This document shows, in pieces, positions 13,615-26,755 of a DNA stretch of 64,000 nt. Where the stretch lies: positions 66,635,136 through 66,699,135 of the forward strand of contig NC_068984.1 of the NCBI RefSeq assembly GCF_001194135.2. The letters run 5' to 3'. Positions within the stretch are counted from its first letter, which is position 1, and each line of letters begins with the position of its first letter. Origin of the DNA: Octopus bimaculoides. Its lineage: Eukaryota. Below the pieces are notes generated by a model. The model did no database searches. It saw nothing but the letters and a program-made list of their open reading frames with translations, and was not told the origin of the DNA. The position numbers were made by a program, and so were the translations under genes.

Positions 13615-13810
13615 AAGGCAGTGAGTTGGTAGACTCATTAGTATGCCAGGCAAAAAGCTTAGCAGCATTTCGTCCGTCTTTATGTTCTGAGTCCAAATTC
13701 CAACATGGCTGACTTTACCTTTTATTCTTTCAGAGTTCATAAAATAAGTACCAGTTGAGCATTGGGAGTTGATGAAATCGATTTATCTCCTACCCCAAAA
13801 TTTGAAAGCA
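13615..13810 (+). mobile_element. tRNA-derived SINE, window family B
   Basis: AAGGCAGTGAGTTGGTAGA...GTTCTGAGTCCAAATTCC...ATAAGTACCAGTTGAGC; matches the 17924 copy. Confidence 0.8.
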
Positions 13811-16138
13811 ATATGTTAGTAGATTTAGTATTTGAACTGTGGCCATACTGAGGCATCACATTCAGAGTGTTTTATGGACACTAATACTTCGCACTTGATT
13901 CTTCTTTTTATCTATACTATAAGTGAATAGCTAAATTCACCTTGGTGTAAAGAGATGTAACTTACATTGAGTACTACAAAGTATTTTTGCTCAATACATT
14001 AATATTTTGCTCAGACATTTCTCGCCAAAGATATTTTAGATTTTTTTTTACCCTTACTTTAAACAAAAGAAAGAAATTTGTATTAATTTTGCTTTATAAT
14101 TGTAAAATCTATATTTACTACATTATGATATTCCATTTGTTTCATGCCCCAATCATATAAAATAAATTAAATATAATTTAGCTTCTTAGTTGATTATTCT
14201 TCTGATGAGATATTTCTTATGAAATAGTTTTCTTTCATATTGCTGTGGCTTTACTGGATAATCAATGTACCTTTTGACAAACTTGAAGCAAATTACATGA
14301 TAAAAAGAATCTACTTTCTATTTTTCCTGTATTAATTCCCAAGTTCTTTTTTAAAACTATTTCCGTTCATTGTAGTGACTAAATATATTCAATTATATTG
14401 GCTTAATTTACCAGCAATAAATTGCTATAATATTTTGCAATTGATGTATGTTTTCTATGAGTGGTGCATAATTATCATTCATACAACTTGATTAATATAA
14501 GAAGTCTGTAATATTAATCAACTTTCTTTCATCACATATAATTTGTCTATAGAAAAAAAAAAGTGCTGTCATACTCACCTGTAGTAGTCATGGGAATATT
14601 TAAAAAAATTAAAACACACATAAAAATAGTAAAATTATACCAAAATAGATAAAAGATTTTTGTTATTGATAAAGTTCCCAACTCTTGTTTACACTGTCTG
14701 ATCTATGGAAGTCTATTTTTAGCTTCTTAATCTTTTGTCAATATTATTATTATTTATTTTGTTTTATTTTTCTTGCAAGACTACCTGCGTGGCACTAGAA
14801 ATACATCACATGATTTTCAGTTGCAATTTCTTTTAGCCCGACTCACCTAAAATACCAAACTCCAAATACTCTTTTAAATAAGCAAAACATTATCTGGATT
14901 TTAATGTTATTTAAAACGTTCTTGAAACAAAACCAAATCAAGACACAAGACAAGACATGAATAGATACTAATAAGAAATAAAAATATTTTAAAAAATTGT
15001 TTAATGAAATGAATTTATAAATGTTTCCATGAGTGCTTTAAATAAAGAAATGAAAGGAAAAACAAAGAAAGCAAAAACAACAAAAACAAAATAAACAATT
15101 GCAATAATAATTATAACAACAAAAATAAATGAAAAAACAATCACATTTTCTCTGTTGCTGTTAAAATGTTCAGAATAATTAAAATAGTTGTCAATCTGAT
15201 TTCCTGGTTAAATAACCAACAAGAATTCTTAAGAAAGGACTGGAGATAATGTTATTTTTAGTGAAATGTGATGTTCAGTCGGTGAAAAATATTAATATTA
15301 TCACTTTAAGAAGATGACAAAAGAAACAAAAAAGAAAAAAATAATGTATCAAGTAAACTCTTCTCTAAATGAGTTCAGGATGCCTTCAACTTGAAAGTTT
15401 AGATTAGAATGAAAAGTCGCTTTGTAAATTTATTTTAGTTTAAAATGTTGCAAAAAATAACAAAATGTTACTATTTATTATTTTAATCAAGTAGTAGGGG
15501 ATGGATTGTTTTATAAATTCGACTAAGTTCATTGAACTAGATTCATCAACTACTTATACTTAATGAACACACAAGATGAAACCTTTTGAAGAAAAAAAAA
15601 ACAAACAAATAATAATAACAATGTATTTTCGTAAATTATCTTAATGTCAAATGTAGCAATTGTATTGAGATTAAATAACAAGCTTATTATATAAAGTATT
15701 TATATGCAAAGATAGTCTTTTTCATGATTTGATGGATTGCAACTTTTATTCAATGAATTTAAAATATAAAAGGAACCATATAGATAATTTACATGAACTA
15801 ATTTTCATTGCTTGATTGCAGTTTTGCAGATGATGTTATTACTTAGCAAAGCAACGAAAGTGATTATACATAATTGCTCAACTTGTTAGAAATAGCAGCC
15901 AAATCTCTTGTAACTCAAACTGTCAACACTTTAAAGCAAGAAGTAGCACCTTGGATAATATAGCCCCTGATACACAGAAAAAAATGAAAGAAAAAAACCC
16001 TTATGGCGAGAATTTCTGGGATGCTTTTGCATTGTATCGTAAATTGAATACTTTTCTGTATTTAAGAGATGAGGAATTCTGTACATTATTTACATAATTT
16101 ACATTTGATGGATATTTGTCCTTATCTTGTTTGTTGTT

Positions 16139-16184
16139 AACACAACATTTCAGCTGATATACCCTCCAGCCTTCATCAGGTGTC
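16139..16184 (-). ncRNA. Minimal type I hammerhead ribozyme motif (HHR-2)
   Basis: Minus strand GACAC-CTGATGA-A-GGCTG-GAGGGTATAT-CAGCT-GAAA-TG-TT-GTGTT. Confidence 0.78.
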
Positions 16185-16260
16185 TTAGGGAAATTTCAGA
16201 CCTGGGTTCTCATTCCTAAGGTATCTTTCGATGTTGTGGTTGTTATTATCATTATTATCA

Positions 16261-16300
<40 letters not shown>

Positions 16301-16306
16301 CATTAA

Positions 16307-16350
<44 letters not shown>

Positions 16351-16421
16351 TCACTACCTGGAATTGAACTTGGAAGATTCCGAGTTTGATTCCAGGCAAT
16401 GACCTGAATAACAACAACAAC

Positions 16422-16478
<57 letters not shown>

Positions 16479-16532
16479 GATAACATTGTAAAATACCTCA
16501 GGAATGAGAACCCAGGTTCAAAATTTCCCCAA

Positions 16533-16578
16533 GACACCTGATGAAGGCTGGAGGGTATATTAGCCGAAATGTTGTGTT
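16533..16578 (+). ncRNA. Minimal type I hammerhead ribozyme motif (HHR-2)
   Basis: GACAC-CTGATGA-A-GGCTG-GAGGGTATAT-TAGCC-GAAA-TG-TT-GTGTT; stem I GACAC/GTGTT, stem II GGCTG/TAGCC, loopless stem III. Confidence 0.8.
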
Positions 16579-16631
16579 AACAAACAAGATAAGGACAAAT
16601 ATCCATCAAATGTAAATAATGTAAATAATCT

Positions 16632-16857
16632 TTAAAACTTTTGTTACCATATTTCTGTTGGAAAACACTGCCTTCATTTCATTTAAGAGTGGAAATAATG
16701 AATTAGGTTAAATAACTGCCATTATTAAGCTGGTATTTGGAACATGAATTAAGATGAAATTTTGATGGACGGTTTTTAATTTAAACCACATCAAAACAGT
16801 TAGTTTGTATCACAGAATCAGGGATTGCCTCGAGTGAGTTGGTATCAAAAGGGTTAA
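16632..16857. mobile_element. TTAA-flanked MITE (piggyBac-like ends)
   Basis: TTAAAACTTTTGTTACC...GGTATCAAAAGGGTTAA; diverged second copy at ~40596-40830 ends GGTATCAAAAGGGTAAA. Confidence 0.65.
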
Positions 16858-17923
16858 ATCACACAGATAAGATTTTTTTCTCAGCCTGAGTTTGATTGAA
16901 TTAATTAACTGCAACATTTATTTTTAAAAAAATCAGTTATTGCAATATAATTAGTTAAAAAATATGATGCTGCAATATAATTAGTTGGAACCCAGTTTGT
17001 ATCCTCTCTAGAAAACTAAAGAAAACAGCTGTTCACCTTTCATATCAAGCAGATCAATGACCATCTTCATCTTCATTGTTGACAACATAATGGATGTTGG
17101 AATAATAGGAACCTCCCTCTTTACCTAATGTTTGTTGATTATATCAATGAATTTTATACCCAAAGTGTATTTGTTTCCTTACAATACATACAGAACAATC
17201 TATCACATTCTATTGAAGATCTCAAAGACCTTGTTTCAAAGACATCTTTATATATTTTTTGATGAGGTAATATTGTGTTATTATTCTTGTCTATTCACTC
17301 AAGAACTATTCACCTGAAACAGATTAAACTCAGTCACACTCAGTAGAATCTTTAGTGTATAGAATCTGACTCATAAAGCTTACACAAAAATGAAACAACT
17401 CATCAATTGTAAAAAGCATTCCATAAAAAGATAAGAACTAAGATGATTGGGAAATACGCAATGTTTTTTTATGAGAAATATATATATGCAAGAGCAACAC
17501 TTCTTTGATACAAGTCATGTAACTGTCTGATTTTAATAGATTTTGAGGACAATTTAAGCTAATTCTAGAACATAATGATACAAACTATAATCTGAACCAA
17601 TAGACTTGTTGTTATTCAGTAACAAGAAAAGAAATAAAAAGAAGAGTTAATGAACCTTAAAGCTGAAGAAATTGAGCATTAGATATAATGATAGTTTTCA
17701 TATCTTCAGTCTATATCACTGAAGTTAACTGAATAAATATAGTACACAGTATTTTTTGTTATATGTTTGATAGAAAAGGAGGGATAGTGGTCATCACCTT
17801 TACCTTTACATCCTAGCTGTGGTCAAACACATACGACTGAAGTTTGCCTAAATGTCTGCAATAAGTTGGGTATAATAGGAATTGGAAGGTGTGTGTGTAT
17901 TCTAATAGAATGAATTTGCTAAA

Positions 17924-18740
17924 AGGCAGTGATCTGGCAGAAACGTTAGCACACCGAGCGAAATGCTTAGCGGTATTTCATCTGCTGTTACGTTCTGAGT
18001 TCAAATTCCACCGAGGTCGACTTTGCCTTTCATCCTTTCGGGGTCGATAAATTGAGTACCAGTTATGCACTGGGGTCGATGTAATCGACTTAATCCCTTT
18101 GCCTGTCCTTGTTTGTCTCCTCTATGTGGGCAATAAAGAAATAAGGATCGTTAGCATGACAAACAAAAGCTTAGTGGCATTTTGGCTGTCTTTACATTCT
18201 CAGTTCAAATTCTGCCAAGGTCAACTTGGATTTTCATCCTTTCTTGAGGTAAATGAAATAAGTACCAATTGTGCAGTTGTACACTGGGGGGTCGATGTAA
18301 TTGACTAACCCCCTCCCTATAAATGTCAGGCTTTGTATCTTTAATTGAAAGGATCATTGTCATCAAGGTGGTGAACTAGTAGAATAACTAACATGCAAGA
18401 TAAAATTCTTAGCAGCATTTCTTCCAGCTTTATGTTCTGAGTTCAAATTCTCCTAAGGTTGACATTACCTTATATTGTTCTGGGGGGGTTGATAAAATGA
18501 GTATCAGTTGAGCACTTGTGTCAATGTAATTGACTAGCTTATTTCCCAAAACTTTAGGCCTTATTTCTATTGTAAAAAAGAGGGTGGGTTATCATGATTA
18601 TTATTATTAAATTCTGCCAAGATTGACTTTGCCTTTTGGGGTCAATGAAATAAGTACCAGTTATGCACTGGTGTTGATGTAATTGACCAGCCCCCACCCC
18701 AAATTTCAAGCCTTGTACCTATAGTAGAAAGGATTTATTA
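17924..18740 (+). mobile_element. Four head-to-tail family B SINE copies (two 5'-truncated)
   Basis: GAGTTCAAATT...GTCGAC/GTTGAC...AGTACCAGTT...GATGTAAT.GACT recurs at ~17924, 18149, 18364, 18608; first copy retains CpGs. Confidence 0.85.
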
Positions 18741-18856
18741 TTATTATTATGCTAGTGTGTGTCCCAATTTAGTTAGCAGGTATTTTACCTTGAGGTTTTC
18801 TGATGACAAGTCTCCTCAAATCTCAAGAATCTTTCTTAGGACTCTTGCAGAATATA

Positions 18857-19420
18857 TGATGATGATGATGATGATGATCATTATTATTATTATTCTTATT
18901 ATTATTATAAGCGAGAGAGCAATGCATGCCATCAGAGTGACACTGGGGTACAAATATATGAAGCCTAATATACCCATCATGACTACCTGTCTGATAAGAG
19001 TACACTGGGCACATGCATCACAATCATCATAAGTCCACAACATGGTGATATGATAACAAGATAAACAGCACATGACCTTGCAGGTGGGGTCCTGGTTAGA
19101 ATTGTTTTGCTCATCTCACTCAAAAAGTCCATGAATAAGGGCTGTTTAAGAACATCCATGTTTCCAGAGGTGAATTATTCAAACCCAAAAAACTCCTCTT
19201 AACAGATGGCTGTGATGCTCAATACTCATGATGCACATATTGTTAACCACCAAGTAACAGGCTCAAATGGTTAAGGTCAAACAACTGACAGGCAAATCTG
19301 TGCTAATAAGCAGAATATTTACTGCAGCCTATCTTTTACACCAAGACAAAATCATGTATATGATAACACTTGCAATCAATTAAGATCAGAAGCCACGGGA
19401 GCCAGTGCCTGGTATTGCAT
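18857..19420 (-). mobile_element. Unclassified SINE/LINE-like repeat with (AAT)n(CAT)n tail
   Basis: GC-richer block ending on the minus strand in a trinucleotide tail; single copy in the window. Confidence 0.4.
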
Positions 19421-19437
19421 TATTGTTATTATTATTA

Positions 19438-19476
<39 letters not shown>

Positions 19477-19477
19477 G

Positions 19478-20061
19478 AAATTGAACCAAATTCGACAACT
19501 GGCACCCATGCTATCCTCTCCTTCATTGGACACTAAATTCTGCTTGCGAAGACCTGTTGGGGCCAGTGAAATCGAAATCGTAATTGAACCATATTCGATG
19601 ACTGGCACCTGTGCCAGTGGAGCACTAACAGCAGTGTTCGAGCATGATTATTGCCAGTGCAGCTGTCTGGCTTCCATGCTAGTGGCCCGTAAATAGCACC
19701 ATTTGAGCGTGATCGTTACCAGCGTCACCTTACTGGCACTTGTGCTGGTGGCACGTTAGAATATCATTCGAGCGAGGTCGTTGCCAGTGCCACTGGACTG
19801 GCTCCTGTGCAGGTGGCACATAAAAAACACCATTTTGAGCGTGGCTATTGCCAGTACTGCATGACTGGCCCTCATTCCGGTGGCACATAAAAGCACTCAC
19901 TACACTCTCAGAATGGTTGGCGTTGGGAAGGGCATCCAGCTGTAGAAACTCTGCCGGATCAGATTGGAGCCGGGTGCAGCCACCCAGTTCACCAGTCCTC
20001 AGTCAAATCGTCCAACTCATGCTAGCATGGAAAGTGGACGTTAAACGATGATGATGATGAT
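19478..20061 (+). mobile_element. RTE-type LINE 3' end with about five ~66-bp tandem units and (GAT)n tail
   Basis: CTGCTTGCGAAGACC (LLAKT; cf. VLEKT ORF end at ~53130 on minus), repeated GTGGCAC.TAAA..GCACC units, tail GGAAGGGCATCCAGC...GGACGTTAAACGATGATG. Confidence 0.8.
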
Positions 20062-21106
20062 TACTATAGTTGCATTACTAGAATCTGAGCAATTGGATTT
20101 GCTTGACTCACTTTCTCAACAGTAAAGTCTGTTAATTCCCTCCAAATATTCTTTTAACCTTTTGCTATTTAGATCAGCACAGCGTAAAAAAAAACCAGAT
20201 TTTATTTCTGCTGCTCTACTGCATTATGAAGATGTTGCAAGGAAAAGGTGTAAACCATCTTGACTAACTGACTTAAAGCATGCAAGGTAATAATTACATC
20301 TTATTCATGGCAGAAGAAGCAGTAGAAATTTTAGTATTGAATAGAATGAAAACTTTGTAATTGAAATAATGAAAAGAAGTATTTTTATATTTATTTCTTC
20401 TTTATATATATATTTTCTTGATGTTTATTGTTTCTTTTTACAGTGTCTGAGAGTGTAACCCTCTAATATTATCTACGGGGGAAATGAAATAAAAGATTTT
20501 ATTGTTTGCAATTTTTATTTAAAAAAAATTTTTTGTGTGTGTTTCATTATTTTCAAGTTTATATCAGAAGCTGTATTTTAGTAGTTAGTGTAAGGATCAA
20601 CACTGTTGATGTAATTCTTGGAGTACAAGACATTAAAGAGACTGTTCAATGTTTTAGCATGTCTGTGTTGATAGGGAAACTTTGTCAATACCACTTCTGT
20701 CAAAATCATTCAGTGATTAATTAAATTTCCTATGGTGATGCATTAATCAGATAATTTTTTTTAAATTTAATTTATATTTTTACCTTTTTCAATTGTATTG
20801 TTTATTTTTTTTTTTTCTTTTGAATTGAAGATTTCCTGTTTTACTGTAATTTTAAACCCTTGATCAGTAGAAAGCTGAATTAACTTCTAACATTTTAAAT
20901 GGCAAGTATTTATTTGAGTTGTATTTTCATAATAATGAAACCATGACTGTACTTCAAATTCTTCAATTATCCTTCAATCTCTAAATAGTATGAAGGTGGG
21001 TGGGGCAGGAGGAAGAGGAGGAGGAGGGGCTAAAAATTCTACAAAAATTTTAATGGTACAAAAATTAGATCTCACACTAACTGAATGAAGGAGCAGTGTC
21101 TGTGTG

Positions 21107-21115
21107 TTTGTATGT

Positions 21116-21200
<85 letters not shown>
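21107..21200. repeat. (GT)n(GA)n compound microsatellite
   Basis: Direct reading. Confidence 0.95.
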
Positions 21201-21203
<3 letters not shown>

Positions 21204-22460
21204 CTGCAATTCTACGATTGAAAGCTCCATCTTCCCCCAATTCCATTTTTATTGCCATGTGTTATTTGACCATTACATTGCATATTTGACAAAATTTAAA
21301 AAAAAAGAAATGTAGATGATTAGAAAAAAATAAAGAATAGAAAAAATTTAGATAGTTTTATTTTCAATCATGATATCTAAAATGTTTGCAACATATGGTT
21401 GAAAGAATTTTTTAAACTTACTCTTCACTGTTAGTAATATTACAGAACGAGTAATGTTTAAACAACTTCAAACATTTATCTATCCCAAGAAATTCTAAAA
21501 ATAAATAAATAGAAGAATTATCCTTAGAAAGAAAGAAAATAAATAAAAACAAAAAAAGATGGTTTCATTGTTATGAATACCATTAATATACCATTACCTG
21601 CAAACTGACTTTTCCTCATAACATATATGACTTGCTGTTACAAAACTGTTTTGATCTTATGAGAATTTCTAACACAAGGAAACAGAGCAGAACCCATCTA
21701 TCATCAAAAACTGTTGGCTACTGCCAGAACAGGCTGGAAGTCTTCTCTTCCATTAATATCTGTCTGCTTGGAAAGATTTGGCTATTTCTTCTATCTTAGT
21801 GTAATTTTGATGAAATATTACAGAAATTCTGACAGGATTCAAAATCAATAGTATTCTATATCACAGAAAGTTGCAGTTGGTCAATTTGGCCTACTAAAAG
21901 AAGAGTTACTGATTCACACTCAATCACATTGGTGCCACATATAACTAGTGGAGTTACTTAAATCTTAGTGGACCCATGTAATTAGCTATAAATTGGTCAC
22001 CTCCAGATCAATCCTGACTCAACAGTCCTCTGACCAGAGGTCTTACAACCATGAACATTCATTTGCTTTTCCAGGCATAGTAATATCTGGGATAACACTA
22101 TTAGTTTTTTTTTTAAGACTGAGGGACTGTGGTTGGCTTAAGTTACAAACAGCAGAATAGCTTGGAGGGTAAAGTTAAGCAGTAGGGATTTTGCATAACT
22201 GACAATTGTCTTGTTATCTCTCAGGTTGAATCACCTCACAGATTTCTGAATCAGAGATCGTTGTCTCTTGTCACTAGTAAATTGGGATAATCACCCTTCG
22301 ATGGATAACACTGATTTAGAAGAGAGCAATCAACTTAGCCATGTTTAACTCCTCTGCTTGAGTTCAATGACATAGTGATTGATTTATTGATTTATTCAAA
22401 ACATTGTATTGCTTGCTCCAGAGATATAGACAGATAGAGTGAGAGGGAGAGAGAAGAAAG

Positions 22461-22501
<41 letters not shown>

Positions 22502-24142
22502 AGAGAGAGAGTGTGTGTGAATGCGAGAATCCAGCTAGCAATTCAGAAATATTAAAACATTTAGCTTAATACCCACTGCTCAGAAGCTATTGTCCTATCT
22601 AATATTACGACACAAAGAGTGAATGGGTAATGAGTTTTGAGAGAAAATCATTCCCAAGTTAGATAGATATGCTATTGATAATTATATGAAGAAGCAGGAT
22701 GTGGATGATAAGGTAAAGAAAGTGAAATGAAAGTGAAAAATTTATTATTTTCAATGAAGGCCAATCGTTTTGCAGAAATCTTCAAACACATTGTAGCAAC
22801 AGATCTGATATCTTTGAGAGATTATCTGATTGTAATAACTTTAGTCTATTATCTCATAATCCATGTCATGAGAAAGACGGCATTATGTAGCCTCACATCA
22901 AAACTTAGTTATCAACTATTAATTGTCAAGGCCGCTTGATTTTCTTGTCACAGAGAATGAAATCAGTTTTGTTCAGTCATGTGTATAGACACTATGTATT
23001 TCTCTTAATCCTTGAATATTGTTCATTTTAGCTTGTCATTTTTCGATCAATGGAAAGCTACCGAAGAACTAGATAAGATTGTTTGAAGACCAAAATTATT
23101 TTGAGCCTTTTCCTAAACCTTCATTTCTGTTCACAAGTGCCACTATTTTCTGTGCAGATGGTCCCTACACATATATTATTAATAAATATTTAACTCAGAA
23201 GAAACAAAAATGTCTCTTATTGATTTCATTATATATTAACTCTGCAATGTTATAACTTGTTGATATTTCTGATAAAAACCATTTCATGAATATGAGAGAA
23301 AAATAATCGTGTATGTGTATTTAAAAAAAATTATCTTTTATTGATGTAGATATTATTTTCTTTCTTTAATTATTTAAATTTTTGTTATTGTCACAAGTGA
23401 AATTAATAGAAATATATTGTTGTATCTGTTTTGGCTATGTTTATTTGATTGCTGCAGCAGGCAGGTATTTTATTGCTGAGACAAATGGTAAGGTATATAT
23501 ACATATACATACACATATATATGGGTGTGTGTGTATACATACATACATATAGATATATATATATATATATATATATATACACGCATATATACATATATAT
23601 GTGTGTGTGCGTATATATATTTATTTATTTATGTGTTTCAGCCAAATACATGCACACATACACACACACATATGTACATATAACATTCTATGAAATATTT
23701 TTCATCGCAATATATTTAATGGAGAAATATATATATTATGTATATATATATTTTTATATAAAATAAATCTAATTTAGTTAAAAACCTTTGACACAATTAA
23801 CTTGTTCGCAGACCTCTTAGCATTGTAGTTCTGTCTACAAAAACAGACAGCTAAAAACAGTACTATATCAAGAATTGAATTGATTATTTTAGCTCAAGTG
23901 GAATTTTAACAGCTTTCAGATACAGGATTAGTCTGTAGCTGTGTTTATAAGGTATCGTGAAGTCACTCGTCTGACATTCAACCACATTTATTTTTTTTAA
24001 TTTACCCTTTGAGGACAGAAATTATTCTACTTGAAAATTGATGCACAAACGCATGCACATTATATATGTATGTGTGTTTGTGTGTGCATGTGTGTATGTG
24101 TGATGTGTGTGTGTGCATGTGTACGTGTGTGTGTGTGTGTGT

Positions 24143-24300
24143 GTGTTAAGAAGTTTGCTTCCCAACCACATGGTTCTGGCTTCAGACCCACTGTGTGGTA
24201 CCTTGGGCAAGTATCTTCTGCTAAAGCCTTGGGCCGACTAAAGCCTTGTGGGTGGATTTGGTGGACAAAAACTGAAAGAAGCCTGTTGTATATATATATA
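24143..24300 (+). mobile_element. Family A SINE 5' half
   Basis: AAGTTTGCTTCCCAACCACATGGTTCTG...AAACTGAAAGAAGCCTGTTGTATATA. Confidence 0.8.
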
Positions 24301-24453
24301 TCTTAATAATTGAAAGCATTCATTGATAATTATTGATAATTATTTTGAAAAGTATATAAGTGTCTGAAGGTTGTGGTAGAGTTTAAATTAAATAAGGTAC
24401 TGTCCTTAGTCTTCATTTTTAGGAATAAGTGTATTTTCCCTAAATTATAAATT

Positions 24454-24781
24454 CTAAGCACATGGCTCAGTGGTTAGAGCATTGGACTCACAATCATGGG
24501 GTAGTGAGTTCAAGTCTCAGACTAAGCTGTGTGTTGTGTTCTTGAGCAAGACACTTAATTTCATGCTGCTCCAGTTCACTCAGCTATAGAAATGAGTTGT
24601 GATGTCACTGGTGCCAAGCTGTATTGGCCTTTGACTTTCCTTTGGATAACGTTGGTGGCATGGAGAGGAGGTTGGTAAGCATGGATGGCTGCTAGTCTTT
24701 CATAAACAGCCTTGCCTGGACTTGTGCCTCAGAGAGGAACTTTATAAGTACAACCCCATGGTCTTCTCCTCCTAAGCACAT
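24454..24781 (+). mobile_element. tRNA-headed SINE (family F) with 10-bp target-site duplication
   Basis: TGGCTCAGTGGTTAGAGC...GAGTTCAAGTCTC head, TTGTGTTCTTGAGCAAGACACTTAA body; CTAAGCACAT at both ends; related minus copy at 61230-61435. Confidence 0.8.
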
Positions 24782-25049
24782 AGCAAAGTTTTTCTATTCC
24801 AAGGCAAGATACATTGTTCTTCTATTGAATTTAATTGAACAGAGCTGAATTTTGGTTGAATTAACATTTTTATTGTTAAATAAAATTTGTAATGAAAATG
24901 GTAAGTTCAGTATCTATTTGGATTTGATGCATTAGCATAACTATTGAGTTACTAAAACTTTGAAGAACTTTGGTCTTTAAAAATAATTTCTGATATAAGC
25001 ACAGAGCTAAAAATTTGAGTGGAGGCAAACAGTTGACAATATCAATTCT

Positions 25050-25175
25050 ACTACATGACGATTACTCAGTCTTGTCAACCCCAGATAGATGGACGACAAA
25101 GTTGACCTTCACGGGATTTAAACTAAATACTGCAAGACAATTTGTCCAATGCTTTACCAATTCTGGCATCCTTGA
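25050..25175 (-). mobile_element. Family B SINE fragment
   Basis: GACAAAGTTGACCTTCACGGGATTTAAACT is the reverse complement of the family B body. Confidence 0.65.
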
Positions 25176-25349
25176 TTGTTACATTGCTCTTTAATAATAC
25201 ATTATCATGCAACTGGAATGATTGCCCAATTTTTCGGAACCACAGATTTTTATGGAATTATTTCAAGAAAGATAAGTGTCATTGCATCTTGGTAAGTCAT
25301 GTAAGACAGAAGCAGAAAGATAAAAATGTCTAAGGAAGAATTTAATATT

Positions 25350-25388
<39 letters not shown>

Positions 25389-25985
25389 GTGCATGTGTGT
25401 ATATGGAGAAGATGAAATAGAATAGAAAGTAATGACATAATAAAGCTTTAGTATAGGTTATTCAATTTTGATTGGGATTCTGCTTCAGGAATCTTTCAAT
25501 ACAGTATTGAAGGTAGTTTAATGAATGCTGATGCTGCACTTTAAATCATATCATAATGAGATCTGGCTAAAACTTTTAAATAAAGTTAACATTTTCTGAA
25601 AGTTATAAGCTTCTTAAGGCTGTGCATGGAAAATTTAATTAAAGTTAAGTAATTTTACTAAACTTGAGTAGCCAAATAAATATATTCAGACACAAAATAG
25701 ATAAATAAAAATGGTGGAGTCCTCTTGATTTTACTAGAAGTTTATTCCAGTTTAGGAATCTGACTTCTATCAAAATGAGTACATAGAGCTGATCAAAGTA
25801 AAACAATCATAGAATGAGAGACTTTTACAATAAGCTTCTAACTTTGAAAATGAGTCTAAACTGTTGTGAAATATACTATCAGAATATATTCATTATGAAT
25901 GGTTTATATGTATGTATGTATGTATGTATGTATGCATGTATGCATGTATATGTGTGTGTGTATATTTATATATCTATGCATATAT

Positions 25986-26048
<63 letters not shown>

Positions 26049-26194
26049 GTAGTAGTAATACATGTAGTACATGTTAACTATAGAACAGTTTCACAGCAAG
26101 AGAAGACAAGCTATTGTAAAGAATTAGCTGTGTTACTACCCTGTGGAGTTTTATGGAGTTTGATTATATACCCTCATTCATAGGTGTAATACTG

Positions 26195-26606
26195 CTATTG
26201 ATCATTGCCAGAGCACCAGCTGCCTGGCTTCGTGCCGGTGGCACGTAAATAGCACCATTTGAGCGTGACCGTTACCAACGTCGTCTTCCCGGCACGTGTA
26301 AAGACATTCGAGCGAGATCGTTGCCAGTGTCGCTGGACTGGCTCCTGTGCACATGGCATGTAAAATAAACCATTTTGAATGTGGCCATTGCCAGCACCTC
26401 CTGACTGGCCTTCATGCCAGTGGCACGTAAAAGCACCCACTACACTCTTTGAGTGGTTGGCGTTAGGAAGGGCAACCAGCTGTAGAAACTCTGCCAAATC
26501 AGATTGGAGCCTGGTGTAGCCATCTGGTTTCACCAGTCCTCAGTCAAATCGTCCAACCCATGCTAGCATGGAAAGCGGACGTTAAACGACAATGATGATG
26601 ATGATG
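26195..26606 (+). mobile_element. RTE-type LINE 3' UTR with about four tandem units and (GAT)n tail
   Basis: Same units and tail as 19478-20061; CpG-rich, so relatively young. Confidence 0.8.
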
Positions 26607-26620
26607 TATATGTAGAGGAA

Positions 26621-26755
26621 CAATGGCCCAGTGGTTAGGGCAGCGGACTCGCGGTCATAGGATCGCAGTTTCGATTCCCAGACTGGGAGTTGTGAGTGTT
26701 TATTGAGCGAAAACACCTAAAGCTCCACGAGGCTCCGGCAGGGGATGGTGGTGAA
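26621..26755 (+). mobile_element. tRNA-headed SINE (family E), truncated by gap
   Basis: GGCCCAGTGGTTAGGGCAGCGGACTCGCGG...GTTTCGATTCCCAGAC; nearly identical to 38400-38530. Confidence 0.88.

Larger units (their letters stand above)
16085..16629. mobile_element. Head-to-head inverted pair of a non-coding element: tRNA B-box half, (AAT)n, unique segment, minimal HHR, (AAATAATGT)2 tail
   Basis: Arms ~90% identical outside the microsatellite; centre GGA-AGAT-TCC at 16372-16381; B-box-like GAGTTTGATTCC (16382-16393, +) and AAGTTCAATTCC (16360-16371, -). Confidence 0.85.

Noticed and set aside
14202-14245. CTGATGAG...GAAA hammerhead-like spacing
   Set aside because: No credible stem I or stem III; AT-rich chance match
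12961-14592. Minus-strand splice signals (ATGACTACTACAG|GTGAGT at ~14579; TTATTTCAG acceptor at ~13000)
   Set aside because: Joining them gives MTTTVRLK*; cannot be distinguished from chance without transcripts
19695-19712. TAGCACCATTTGA resembling miR-29
   Set aside because: Part of the RTE 66-bp unit (repeated at 26250); no precursor hairpin
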